From contig CM000435.1 in assembly GCA_000165345.1 (NCBI GenBank), forward strand, positions 416,001 to 480,000: 64,000 nucleotides of DNA, in the 5' to 3' direction. A program made the translations under genes and the position numbers. Below, piece after piece: positions 12,834 through 23,300 of this stretch (its first letter is position 1; the number at the start of each line of letters is the position of its first letter). The notes beneath the pieces are model-generated. The model did not search any database and was not told the DNA's origin. It saw only the letters and a list, made by a program, of their open reading frames with translations.

Positions 12834-13385
12834 ATGGAACAGCACCAACTTATGCTTCAAAATAGAATTGTTAAGACGACATTTGCTATCAAGTCAAAGG
12901 AAGCTGCAATTCAATCTGTAAGTATAATCGACTACTTTCACACTTGAAAGCCGCTTAATCCGATTATTCTTTAAAAAAACACCTTTATTCCAAAAAAAAT
13001 TCATTTAGATCGATAGTATCAGAGATGACGAAAAAGTCTATAGAGAAGTTTCTAGAATGTAAGTAAACTACCAAAACGCAATAATTAATCAATTTTACTT
13101 TGAAACTATTTAATAAACCAAATGCAGGTTTGTGCTAAATACAAAATCATCACTCAAATCACAATTACAAAAAGAATTAGACGATTTGAAAACTCTTCTT
13201 AACAAAATGAAGGTAAGTTTTATACAAAACAGAAAAAAAAAAGAAAATACAAATATCATTTTAATTAAATTCTAACTTCAAACATTTCCCGCCTCACCCA
13301 TTTTTGTTCAATCTTTTTTTTCTATAATCAATATTAGAACTTAGAAGCATCTTGGGACTCAAAGCAAAAAAAAACTAGCCAATGA
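12834..13385 (+). CDS. PFDN1: Prefoldin subunit 1-like small coiled-coil protein, 4 exons: join(12834..12917,13009..13058,13128..13212,13338..13385). The last exon is uncertain.
   Basis: Each exon is flanked by GTAAGT donors and Y-rich ..AG acceptors, and the phases are consistent (0, 2, 0). Spliced product: MEQHQLMLQNRIVKTTFAIKSKEAAIQS/IDSIRDDEKVYREVSRM/FVLNTKSSLKSQLQKELDDLKTLLNKMK/NLEASWDSKQKKTSQ. The core VYREVSRMFVLNTKSSLKSQLQKELDDLKTLLNKMKNLE parallels human PFDN1 MYEGVGRMFILQSKEAIHSQLLEKQKIAEEKIKELEQKKSYLE. Confidence 0.45.
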
Positions 13386-14054
13386 GTTATTTAGTATTAT
13401 TTTAGATGATATATATACATATTTAATTCGTTATTTTGTTCAATCCTTTGTTTTTACCTAATTTCCTATTCATTTTTTAAGTAAATCCCTTTATTCTTGC
13501 ATGCAAGTATAAATTTTTGAGTAGCTGACGCAAGCGCATTTACTGCAGGTATTTATAAAAAAAATTGAAACAGAAATAATATAGGAAATAAATAATGAAG
13601 AAAATGCAAAGTTAATAACTAATTTACGAACAAAAGCGGAGAATCTGAACTAATAAGCAATGCATTTCTAGTTAAATAACATAATTGGAATCTCCAGCTA
13701 AACAAAATTGGAAAAATCATTGTAACTAGTTCGCCTAATATTTTAATTAATGTGAAAACTTCAACTCAACCTCTATAAACATACATAATATCTACAATTT
13801 CCATCATATCTTGTATGGGGAATAAATTTGTAATTGGTTAGGTGGTAATTTTCACACAAATGCTACCCCTTTCGTAAATTGTCAAATCAAAATACTCTTA
13901 GGATTTAATAGGCTCAGTCCAAATCTCTTGTTTCAATAGGATTATATATATAAACATATATTGCCTTTTCAAAACCATAGTCACACCCTGTTCGCTCTTG
14001 TAATTAATTATTAATCTCAAGCTCTTAACTAATTCATAATTAAACTCCTCACAT

Positions 14055-14450
14055 TTAAGCAGATGCAGAAGTGTATTTAGTAACAGCTTTAGTTCCTTCA
14101 GAGACTGCATGCTTTGAGAGCTCACCTGGAAGCATTAATCTAACTGAAGTCTGAACCTCTCTGCTTGATAAAGTCCTCTTCTTGTTATACTGAACCAACT
14201 TGACAGCTTCAGCTGAGAGACGATCAAAAACATCATTTATAAAAGAGTTCATGATACTCATGCTCTTCTTACTAATACCAGTCTCTGGATGAACCTGCTT
14301 CAAAACCTTGTAGATGTAAAGAGCAAAGGATTCTGTTCTCTTACGTCTCTTTCTCTTGCCACCGTCTGCTGGAGACTTTCCTGCAGTCTTCTTTGCTGCT
14401 TGCTGCTTCTGGGCTGGTCCCTTAATTGATTTACCACTTTTTCCTGACAT
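14055..14450 (-). CDS. H2B: Histone H2B.
   Basis: [129 protein letters not shown]. The ORF track extends to an upstream ATG at 14468 (MNNKIAM...); the H2B-like start is the second ATG at 14450. Confidence 0.85.
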   Translation of the reverse strand: MSGKSGKSIKGPAQKQQAAKKTAGKSPADGGKRKRRKRTESFALYIYKVLKQVHPETGISKKSMSIMNSFINDVFDRLSAEAVKLVQYNKKRTLSSREVQTSVRLMLPGELSKHAVSEGTKAVTKYTSASA

Positions 14451-14805
14451 GGCGATTTTATTATTCAAATTTCAGAATTCTGAATATCTAAATTTTCCTT
14501 TTTTTTCAAGTGGAAAGCGCGGGCAAACTGGCCAATATATTATAATACCCACATGAAATTGCTAATTTACTCGTTTTTATGTGTTTTGTCTATTTTATTG
14601 CTATTCATGCAAAAAAAAAATCGAGGATGATCATTTGATTTATTTTATTCTGTTACAATCACATTTTAACATTAGTTCCTATATTTGTAGATACATTTGT
14701 GTTGAAGCTTCATTGTTTCATCTTCCAAATAAATTTTTAACATTTAAATTTCATGTTAGTTCAATTAAGTCCACTTAAAGCCCGAATATTACAGTTTGTC
14801 AGAAC

Positions 14806-14829
14806 TTTCCCGCATATTTGCATGCATGC
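14806..14829. promoter_or_regulatory. Composite element TTTCCCGC-atat-TTGCATGCATGCA in the divergent H2B/ThrRS promoter. Nearer the H2B start there is also a GCGCGGGCAAA box plus CCAAT (14517-14536).
   Basis: An E2F half-site is directly followed by a tandem TGCATGCA palindrome. The histone-proximal GC box and CCAAT box lie 65-85 bp upstream of the H2B ATG. Confidence 0.3.
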
Positions 14830-15390
14830 AGGCAATACCAAAATAGGCAACAAATTAATACATTAAGAGGGGCTTCTTGATAATACGAATTTAATTTTTC
14901 TTTCTCTTGAATTAAATTAAAAATTGAAATAAAATGTTTAATGGTTCAAAGTTTGATCGTTAATGATTTTTTTTGAGCTAATAATTCTAGTTTTTCCAAA
15001 CCAAAAATAACTAGTAGTATTCTACCATTACTTATATTTGTTAAAAATATTCTTGAAATAAATTTAACGAATATCGAAACTAAAAAAACGAATTAACCTA
15101 CATTAAGAAACTTTGAAAAGAGAAAGTTACTTATTTACTCCAAGTAGAATGAATTTATTAATATTAATATCTTAATAACTCTTTGAATTATATTTATATA
15201 AAATTCAAAGTTAAAGATTGTGCGGTAAATTTTATTTTCCTTGATCAAGAAAATCTTGTCAATAAAAGCGTAATAGGAAACTATTAAATTCATTTTTAAT
15301 AAATATATATAAATTTAGCATTGTAAATATATAGTAATTATATTAAAAGTTTTAGAATAAACTTAAAGACCTTAATAATAATTTCCCACT

Positions 15391-17682
15391 ATGGATCCAA
15401 AGAGAATTCAAAAAGGTACTGAAAAAACACTTTCCAGTGTTGGAAAAATTGGTGGAGAATTCAAAGTAGAAAAGAAGCCAGAATTCATAAATAGACGTCT
15501 CTCACTATTCAAAACGCTTTATGAAAAACAATGTGCATTGCTCCAGGAAAAGGCTTCAAAAAATGAACCAATTAAAATTACCCTTCAGAATGGTGATCAA
15601 AGAGACGGTGTTAAGTTCCAAACATCCCCTATGGAAATTGCAAGACAAATATCAAAGAAATTAGCGGAGAGCTGCATTGTAGCAAAAATCAGATATAACA
15701 AATCATTATTTATTGAGGATGATGAAGTTCGTGGTATTGAAGAAGATGAAGAAGAAACATGTTGTCAAGGGCACGAAAATCAAAGTGATGGATGGAGACT
15801 TTGGGATGCAACTAGACCATTAGAAGGGGATTGTGAATTAGAGATTTTAACATTTGATTCTCTTGAAGGTAGTGGTGTTTTCTGGCACTCTTCATCACAT
15901 ATTCTTGGTCAATGTTTAGAAAATGAATATGGAGCTCAAGTTACAATTGGTCCTGCACTTAATCCAGGATTTTACTATGATTCATACATGGGAACTCACA
16001 GTGTTAGTAATACTGAATATTCTGATATTGAAAATTGTGCAAAAACAATAATTTCTGAAAAGCAACAATTTGAAAGGTTACAATGCAATAAAGAAGAAGC
16101 ATTGGAACTCTTTAAAGATAACCCTTTTAAGGTTTCATTGATCATGTCAAAGATCCCAGATGGTGCTCAAACAACAATATATAGATGTGGTTCATTCGTA
16201 GATTTATGTACAGGTCCCCATATTCCTCATACAGGGATTGTTAAGGCTTTTAAAGTTACAAAGAATTCTGGATGTAACTGGCTTGGAAATACTGAAAATG
16301 ATGCATTACAAAGAGTTTATGGTGTATCTTTCCCAGATAAGAAACGCTTAGATGAGTATTTGAATATGTTGGAAGAGGCTAAAAAGCGTGATCATAGATT
16401 ACTTGGATCAAACTTACAGCTATTCTTCTTCGACTCAAATGTATCGCCTGGATCATGTTTCTGGCTTCCAGCAGGAGCAAGACTGTATAATAAGTTAATG
16501 GACTTTATTAGAAATGAATACAGAATTCGTGAATTTACTGAAGTTATTACCCCAAACATTTTTAGTTGCGATTTGTGGAAGACTTCAGGACATTACTTTG
16601 CTTACAAAGAAAATATGTTTATTTTTGATGTAGAAGAAAAGGAATGGGGTCTAAAACCAATGAACTGTCCAGGACACTGTGTTATGTTCAAACATATGAA
16701 TCCATCATATAGACAACTTCCAATTAGATTAGCTGATTTTGGTGTACTTCACAGAAATGAATTTTCTGGTGCTTTAAATGGCTTAACTAGAGTTAGAAGA
16801 TTCCAACAAGATGATGCGCATATCTTCTGTACTCCTGAACAGATCCAAGAAGAAGTATTTAAAGCTCTTGACTTTTTATTCTTCATATATGGTCAATTGG
16901 GATTCACATTCGACCTCTTTCTAAGTACAATGCCAAAAGAACATTTGGGAACAGAAGAACAGTGGAAAGAGGCAGAAAATGCATTAAAGTCTGCATTGGA
17001 TAAGACTGGTAGAGACTGGAAATTAAACCCTGGGGATGGAGCATTTTATGGCCCAAAAATTGATATTATGCTTTGGGATGCCTTAAAAAGGCAACATCAA
17101 TGCGGAACAATCCAACTTGACTTCCAGCTCCCAATTAGATTTAATCTCCAATATAGAACTGACGAAAATATTTCTGAAGAGTCCACAAATCAAGAACAAC
17201 CTCCCTCTCACCAAAATGCTGATCAAAACCCAGACAATAGTCTTAAACAAGGATACAGAAGGCCAGTAATTATTCACAGAGCAATTCTTGGTAGTGTAGA
17301 AAGAATGTCAGCTGTAATTCTTGAACATACAGGAGGAAAATTACCCTTTTGGCTTTCTCCAAGGCAAGCCATTGTTCTCTCTATCTCAGAAAAAACTGTT
17401 GAATATGCTAAATCTGTTGAAAGAGAGCTTTGCAGAAGAGGTTTTGACGTTTCTGGAGATTACAGTGCTGCCACCATTAACAAAAAAATTAGAGAATCAC
17501 AACTTTTGCAATGGAACTACATGCTTGTTATTGGCGAAAACGAAGCAAGAGACAAAAAAGTCACTCTCCGCTGCAGAGATACCACTATTCCCCAAGAATT
17601 ACTTACTTTGGATCAACTTATTCTCAAGTTCTCTTCTATGGGCTTCCCTTCAAGTATCGACTCAAATTCTTCTAACCAATGA
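15391..17682 (+). CDS. TARS: Threonyl-tRNA synthetase (class II aaRS).
   Basis: 763-aa single ORF. Class II catalytic motifs: ...FRNEFSGALNGLTRVRRFQQDDAHIFC..., HRAILGSVERMSAVILEHTGGKLPFWLSP, and an anticodon-binding C-terminus (QAIVLSI...KKIRESQLLQWNYMLVIGENEARDKKVTLR). Confidence 0.85.
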   Translation: MDPKRIQKGTEKTLSSVGKIGGEFKVEKKPEFINRRLSLFKTLYEKQCALLQEKASKNEPIKITLQNGDQRDGVKFQTSPMEIARQISKKLAESCIVAKIRYNKSLFIEDDEVRGIEEDEEETCCQGHENQSDGWRLWDATRPLEGDCELEILTFDSLEGSGVFWHSSSHILGQCLENEYGAQVTIGPALNPGFYYDSYMGTHSVSNTEYSDIENCAKTIISEKQQFERLQCNKEEALELFKDNPFKVSLIMSKIPDGAQTTIYRCGSFVDLCTGPHIPHTGIVKAFKVTKNSGCNWLGNTENDALQRVYGVSFPDKKRLDEYLNMLEEAKKRDHRLLGSNLQLFFFDSNVSPGSCFWLPAGARLYNKLMDFIRNEYRIREFTEVITPNIFSCDLWKTSGHYFAYKENMFIFDVEEKEWGLKPMNCPGHCVMFKHMNPSYRQLPIRLADFGVLHRNEFSGALNGLTRVRRFQQDDAHIFCTPEQIQEEVFKALDFLFFIYGQLGFTFDLFLSTMPKEHLGTEEQWKEAENALKSALDKTGRDWKLNPGDGAFYGPKIDIMLWDALKRQHQCGTIQLDFQLPIRFNLQYRTDENISEESTNQEQPPSHQNADQNPDNSLKQGYRRPVIIHRAILGSVERMSAVILEHTGGKLPFWLSPRQAIVLSISEKTVEYAKSVERELCRRGFDVSGDYSAATINKKIRESQLLQWNYMLVIGENEARDKKVTLRCRDTTIPQELLTLDQLILKFSSMGFPSSIDSNSSNQ

Positions 17683-18292
17683 ACAAACTTTTCACTTTTT
17701 TTTTAAACAAGTCCCGTAATACCAAAATTTTGGAATTATTAACTTAAAATCTCTTTTAGAGTCATCCTATTCGCTTTTACATATTCCTGCATTCAGTTGT
17801 GTATTTCCGTTCCTATTCTTCAACATCCTGACTTATTCTTTATTGTCACTTTAACTTTAATGTACCTTCCCTCGTTTATATATACCCATCCTTTATTTTT
17901 TATTCCCAAGTTACTTGTTATTACTCATTTTCCCCACATTAAATTCCAAATTGTCTCCATCAGTCACACAAACGCATTGTGCAATTATTAACAACTATTA
18001 ATATGTATGCATGCAATTTTTGTCCACATGATACTTGCAAACTACGTAGCAATGCGTCATGTCTATTTGCCCAAAATGTATTATTTGATAAAGCAAAGAT
18101 TTAATACAATTAGTGAAGAAATAGAGAAACAATTTTTTTTAAGAAGAATCTGGTATTCAAGTATATTTCAATCTTTGTAAAGGAAATTTCTACTTAGAGG
18201 AAACTTGTTTTAAGCCTAATTTAAAAACCTAATTTCATTGTAAAGTTTATTCTTTCGTTGTTGATTTATTCGTTATTATATTTTGTATAGCC

Positions 18293-18743
18293 ATGCCATC
18301 AAAGAAGCAAGATAAAGGTGGTTGTGTACTTGTATTTGAAAAATTTCTCGATGGAATTGGAGTAAGTTTTGGATCATGAAATTCCCATTTTGATAAAAAG
18401 AATACCATTAATACGACCTTTAATTTTTCCTTTTAATTTTTTCCGAAAAAAAAAATGACAAACATTCATTCTCCAATACCTTGAACTATTACTGACTTAT
18501 TTTTCTCCCCAAAAGTTTTTAGGTAGTCAATTAAGAACGGCGTATTTAGCTACTTCTGAAGTCGTGAAAGAATCTGTGTATCCAATGAAAGAAAACTGTA
18601 TTAAGAGATATTCTGAAGCAAATCCAACGTGGCAAAATGTTGGAAGTAAAACCAGCAACCCAAATAATAATACAATTACTTTCACGGATACAAAAGGTAC
18701 TGAAACCATCTTTTCGCAATCAAGTTACAGATCGGGTTTATAA
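18293..18743 (+). CDS. Hypothetical small two-exon gene, join(18293..18361,18516..18743). Function unknown.
   Basis: Exon 1 MPSKKQDKGGCVLVFEKFLDGIG ends at a GTAAGT donor at 18362. A Y-rich tract plus AG at 18514-15 joins in phase to FLGSQLRTAYLATSEVVKESVYPMKENCIKRYSEANPTWQNV... (stop 18741-43). No family recognised; the model rests on splice-signal and frame consistency only. Confidence 0.25.
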
Positions 18744-18828
18744 ATTTCAAGATTGTTGATGAATCAATAGCTTGTATTAACATTATCTAATCCAAAAATT
18801 TTCCCCGATATCACAATTTGTCATTTAT

Positions 18829-19806
18829 TCAATCATCTTGATCATACTTAAGTTCTTTGGTTGACGCCTTCTTTTTCCATTTCATCCCATGAGAGCAATA
18901 ATCTCTAATATTACATTCTTGACACTATAGACATTTGTAATCGTTAATTTCCTCAATGATTGTAGAAGTATTCTTACCTTTGGATTTATTGGTTTACAGA
19001 TAGTTTGGCCATAGCCAACAAAAACTTTGTTAATATCGTTCCAATATATCCTAATCACGTATTTTCAAATTGAAGTTTCGAAAGTAGTTTATAATCTGAA
19101 AATCACCATTCCCAGGATTTCAACTTACCTTGGAAGCATCTTTTCCATCTCTTTGGATGTTTCAATAGGGTTTTTTGTTTTTACCCAACCAATTCTATTG
19201 AAAATACGATGCATATGAGTATCTACAGAAATCCCAACAACTATTCCAAACCCCTAACAAATAATTTTAATGAATATATCAAAGTAATATATCATAAAAA
19301 TCTTGGATCTTTAATGGTAGATTAACTTACAATCTGTAAAATTAAATTTGCCATTTTTGGTCCAATACCTGGTAACATTACAAGCTGTTCGTATTTTTCA
19401 GGAACTTTACCAGAATAATTCTGAATAATGATTCTGGATATTTCTTTCAAATTCTTCGCTTTAGTATTGTAGAATCCAACTCCATATAACATATCTCTTA
19501 ATGAATCAACCGACTGATTATTAATAAATTCAGGACTTAAACCATTATCAATTAGTCTATTCATACAAGCAGCAGTAACTTCATCTTTTGTTTGGCTGGA
19601 AAGAAAGGCTGCTACAAGGACATGAAATCTCTAAATTTGCGAGTTAGTAAAGTCCTTTTTTGAAATCTCAATCTCGTAATTCCTTCCCTCTCACTTACCC
19701 ATGTATCCTCTGGAAGATTCCTGTTTGCTAAATTGATAAATAATAAGTTAAAAACCATCCATTTTCCAACTTTATTTGGTTTACTTACCAAAAGAGCAAC
19801 AACCAA
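18829..19806 (-). CDS. NTH1: Endonuclease III (Nth/NTH1) base-excision-repair glycosylase; at least 5 exons on the minus strand: 19758..19699, 19630..19331, 19253..19129, 19050..18978, 18924..18829. The upstream ATG at 19806 may extend it.
   Basis: Spliced product: [51 protein letters not shown]...[96 protein letters not shown]...*. This matches Nth point by point: LSSQTKD helix, HhH LPGVGPKMA, VDTHVHRI, LVGFGQQTC, and the C..C..C [4Fe-4S] cluster loop. Donors are all GTAAGT/GTAAGA and phases are consistent (0, 0, 2, 0). Confidence 0.6.
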
Positions 19807-20160
19807 AATTGTCGACCGGTGCCAAATTCTGAAGAAATGTTATGCCAAGTTAATTTATTGGATTGAAAGAATTCATTTATCAAACTACCTTTTCTCTGGA
19901 TGCATTCACCTCTGATAAAAATTATCAATAATTAACACCAAATCCATATTTTCCCTAAACTTTACCTTTCCAAATAATATCGAAATTCTGAAGAGAACGA
20001 CACTCTGCATCCTCTCTTTTAATTTTTCTGGCCATAAATTAATCTTTTATTTTGTGAACTCTCCTGAAATTAAAATAATTTGTTAATAATAAAAAAAAAA
20101 AGAGATGATAAAGTTGATTTGGAAACATGTTTTGAATTCATTTGTTATAAGCGGGACAAA

Positions 20161-20200
20161 TATATATTATATTTATATATATATAAATTATATTTAGTAT
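20161..20200. repeat. (TA)n-rich simple sequence in the CCp 3' / Nth 5' intergenic region.
   Basis: tatatattatatttatatatatataaattatatttag; low complexity only. Confidence 0.3.
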
Positions 20201-20357
20201 TAACCATGGTCTATTAAGTTGGATCTAAGAATTAGTATGTAAATTGGTTGTGATCATTCTCAAGCTTGTACTTTTATTCTGAGATTTATATTCAACTTTT
20301 GTTATTGCAGAGGATCCAAAATATATTGAATTGAAACATACATGGATTTGAAATAAT

Positions 20358-23300
20358 TTAGGCCAAAACCTTATCGGTATCAAATCTATGACTGCATTGA
20401 GCCTGGCAAGCTTTGACAACTATTCCTTGGATATCCTTTTGCACTCCATCGAATGCACTATTGCAACATAAATCACAAACCTCAATTTTGCACTTTTGAT
20501 CAGTTTCTGTACAAATGTCAAAGGCTTTACTAGTTCCAGAAATACATGTAGCGAGCTGATTAATGTATTCCTTTGTTGAATTTTCAGCATAGCTATCATT
20601 AATTGAACAAGCACTCTTGCATGAATTATAGTATGTTCTGTCTGTAATCATATTTGTGTAGTAATCGCAACATTCAGTACAGTAGTTATTAGTACAAGTG
20701 ACCGACTTTTGTGAATTAGATCCAAACATAGTTTCACAATGTTGTTCTCTCTGCAAAATATGAGTGTTCAAAGTACAAGATTTATAGATAGAATCAGTTT
20801 TCTCTTTATCTGTAGAATTTTCGACATCTTTATTGGAGTCAACTCTGAAAGGCTCAAGAGAGACTTTATCAAAGGCTGTTTCAGAACAGTTTTTGACACT
20901 AAGTCCTACTCTACCATGTGAGACTTGAGTATCTTTTTCGGTGACCTTAATAATCTCCTTAGTATTTCCATTGTACTTTGTTGAGTAAACATAGATTGTT
21001 GTACCTTCAAAGTTTACAAGAATACGATTCCATTCATTTTGTGTGAAACCAAACATGACCTTCTTTAACAGAGTAGTTTTAGCTTTAGTTTTCTTAACCA
21101 AAGTTGTGGATGTGTTTGAAACAATAACCTGATAATAATTGTCATTGTCAGTATATCTGAAAATTCCGGATACCTTTCCATTAGAACAAGGTGGATTAAA
21201 ATCGAAGGAGAAATAACCATTTTTGCAAGTATGAGTTTCTTTTAAGAGTATTCTAGATTCACCAGATGTCTTGACAACCATTGCATTGGTTCTTCCCTTG
21301 TATTCCTTAATATATTCCCAGTTACCATTAACATCGTTATTTTTAACAATATCATAAGTTGTCTCAAATGTTGATAAGTAACATTGTTTATAATTTGAGC
21401 ATCTTGGAGATCTTGGAGCTGGTGACATGAAGAATTTTTTGCAAGATTTGGCCTTAATTGAAACATTATCAAAGTATACGCCGCCAACGACTCCATTTGA
21501 ATAGAATGCAACAGTACCTGAAAGTAAGCCTTCATCTACAACTTGAAGTTTAACATGTCCAATCTTTGCGTAAATTCTATCTCTTTGTACTGTAATCTCT
21601 ACTTTTTGGAACTCTCCTTCTTTGAATTTGAAATCTTCTTTTGTATCTAAAATGTAAGTAATACCTTCTTTAAGTCTTAATAGTCTAATTCTCTCTTCTT
21701 CTTGGTTGAACTCAAGCAAATAGTAATTAGATAAGTCTCTAACTCTAAATGCAATACCAAAAATACCTGAGACTGGTGGATAGACTTCAGTAGTTAATGT
21801 AAAATCAAAGAATCTTCTGTTCTTAATTTGTGCAAAGGTTCCTCTTGGTGAATGTTCCGATGAACCAGTGATTGGAGAATTCTGTCCAAGCAACTTAGTT
21901 CTTCCATTAATTGCTGTGGTTGTATAACCCCAATCACTTGGTCCTCTTTGGGTTCTTGGCATATCATATACGGAAAATGTTTGTTCAAATGGCATTTTCT
22001 GTGTGTCTAATGTGAAACTTTGGAATCCAGTTTGTGAAGAGTGAATTGCTTCGACGTCGTCTAATTTATCAAGAAGTTCCTTAGTTATTGATTTATATAC
22101 ACCAGTAACCTTTAATAGTTCGTTTGCAATATGATCGACATTGTCAACAACATCCATTATCTTTGGTGATTGTGATTTTGTTAACATTTCTGCTGGCTTT
22201 AGTTTTCTTCTCATCTCTAATATTGCCATCTTTGACTCTTCTTGAGTTGCAAAACTTAAAGATGGATCCACACCATATGACTCATCAATATATTGTGAAG
22301 CTTCCTTCAAAATTTTACTAATGAAAGGCTCATTTGTTTTTCCTTCCCATAAATCTGTTTTGATAACTGGAGTGGAGACTTTAACTGGATTTTGTAATTT
22401 TTGTCCTTGTTTTGCCTGTTGATTTAGAGTTGTAGCGGTAGAGAGTTGATGTAGATCATTTCCTCCCTTTGAAATAACATCAATTGGACATTCCTTTGAA
22501 ATAGTACTAATTCTTAAACTTCTAGTTGGAATGCCTGATAATTTTTCTGACTCAATTTCATTCTTAGTTGATCCTTCGTATGAATTCTTTGGACCTTCCA
22601 AAGCTACATTGAACATTCCTCCTGTATTTGTAGAAATTACTCCAACTTGTAAAGCAGCTTTGCAAATTGAACTTTTTTCTGAGTAAACACCATCGCTTCC
22701 ATAAACCTTGGTTTTATACTCTGCACAACCTGGTGGGCATTGTACAATGATGTTTGTGTTAATTGGTCCTTCGAATATTGGATTTTTATATGCAACAGTG
22801 TCACAATCAATATCAACGTGATTAATTTGTTTTTGAGTTGGTACCACATTTGTTGAACAAACAATTCCAACAATATTTGAATTTTTTAAGTTGAAGAAAC
22901 TTAAATAATTTTCACTGAATCCAAGTCCTACAGCATCGTTTCCAAATAATGTTGTAGCAGTAGATTCTGGAGATGCCAAAGAGAGAACCAAGCTGGTCAG
23001 ATCTGTTGTTCCATCTCTTAAATCTTGATATGATCCTGTGCACTTTCCATCTAAACAACCATAATCAACAGCCAATGGAATACCGCTACCTTCAGATAAT
23101 TTGAATCCCATAATTCCTAATGCGCTCTTGATTCCAGAAATTTGTTCAATATTTCTAAGTACTAATGGCTCCATTCCAACATGTGCACAGTACTTTCTTA
23201 TATCTGAAACAGATGTAACTGAAATATATGATCCTGGATTTCCACCATCATTCCAAATATAATATGATGCTCCAAACTTAATATCACACCATACTCGAAT

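Noticed and set aside
14451-14468. Upstream ATG extending histone H2B by 6 codons (MNNKIA).
   Set aside because: H2B N-termini begin MSGK/MPPK-like. The second ATG gives the canonical start.
18527-18709. 60-aa minus-strand ORF (TM-like) in the 18.5 kb region.
   Set aside because: It overlaps the better-supported plus-strand two-exon model and has no start context or motif.
19790-20035. Possible upstream exons of the endonuclease III gene (MARKIKREDAECRSLQNFDIIWK plus a 40-codon open segment).
   Set aside because: They cannot be spliced in phase to the conserved MVFNLL... exon using the visible GT/AG signals. They are kept as a finding, not as CDS.
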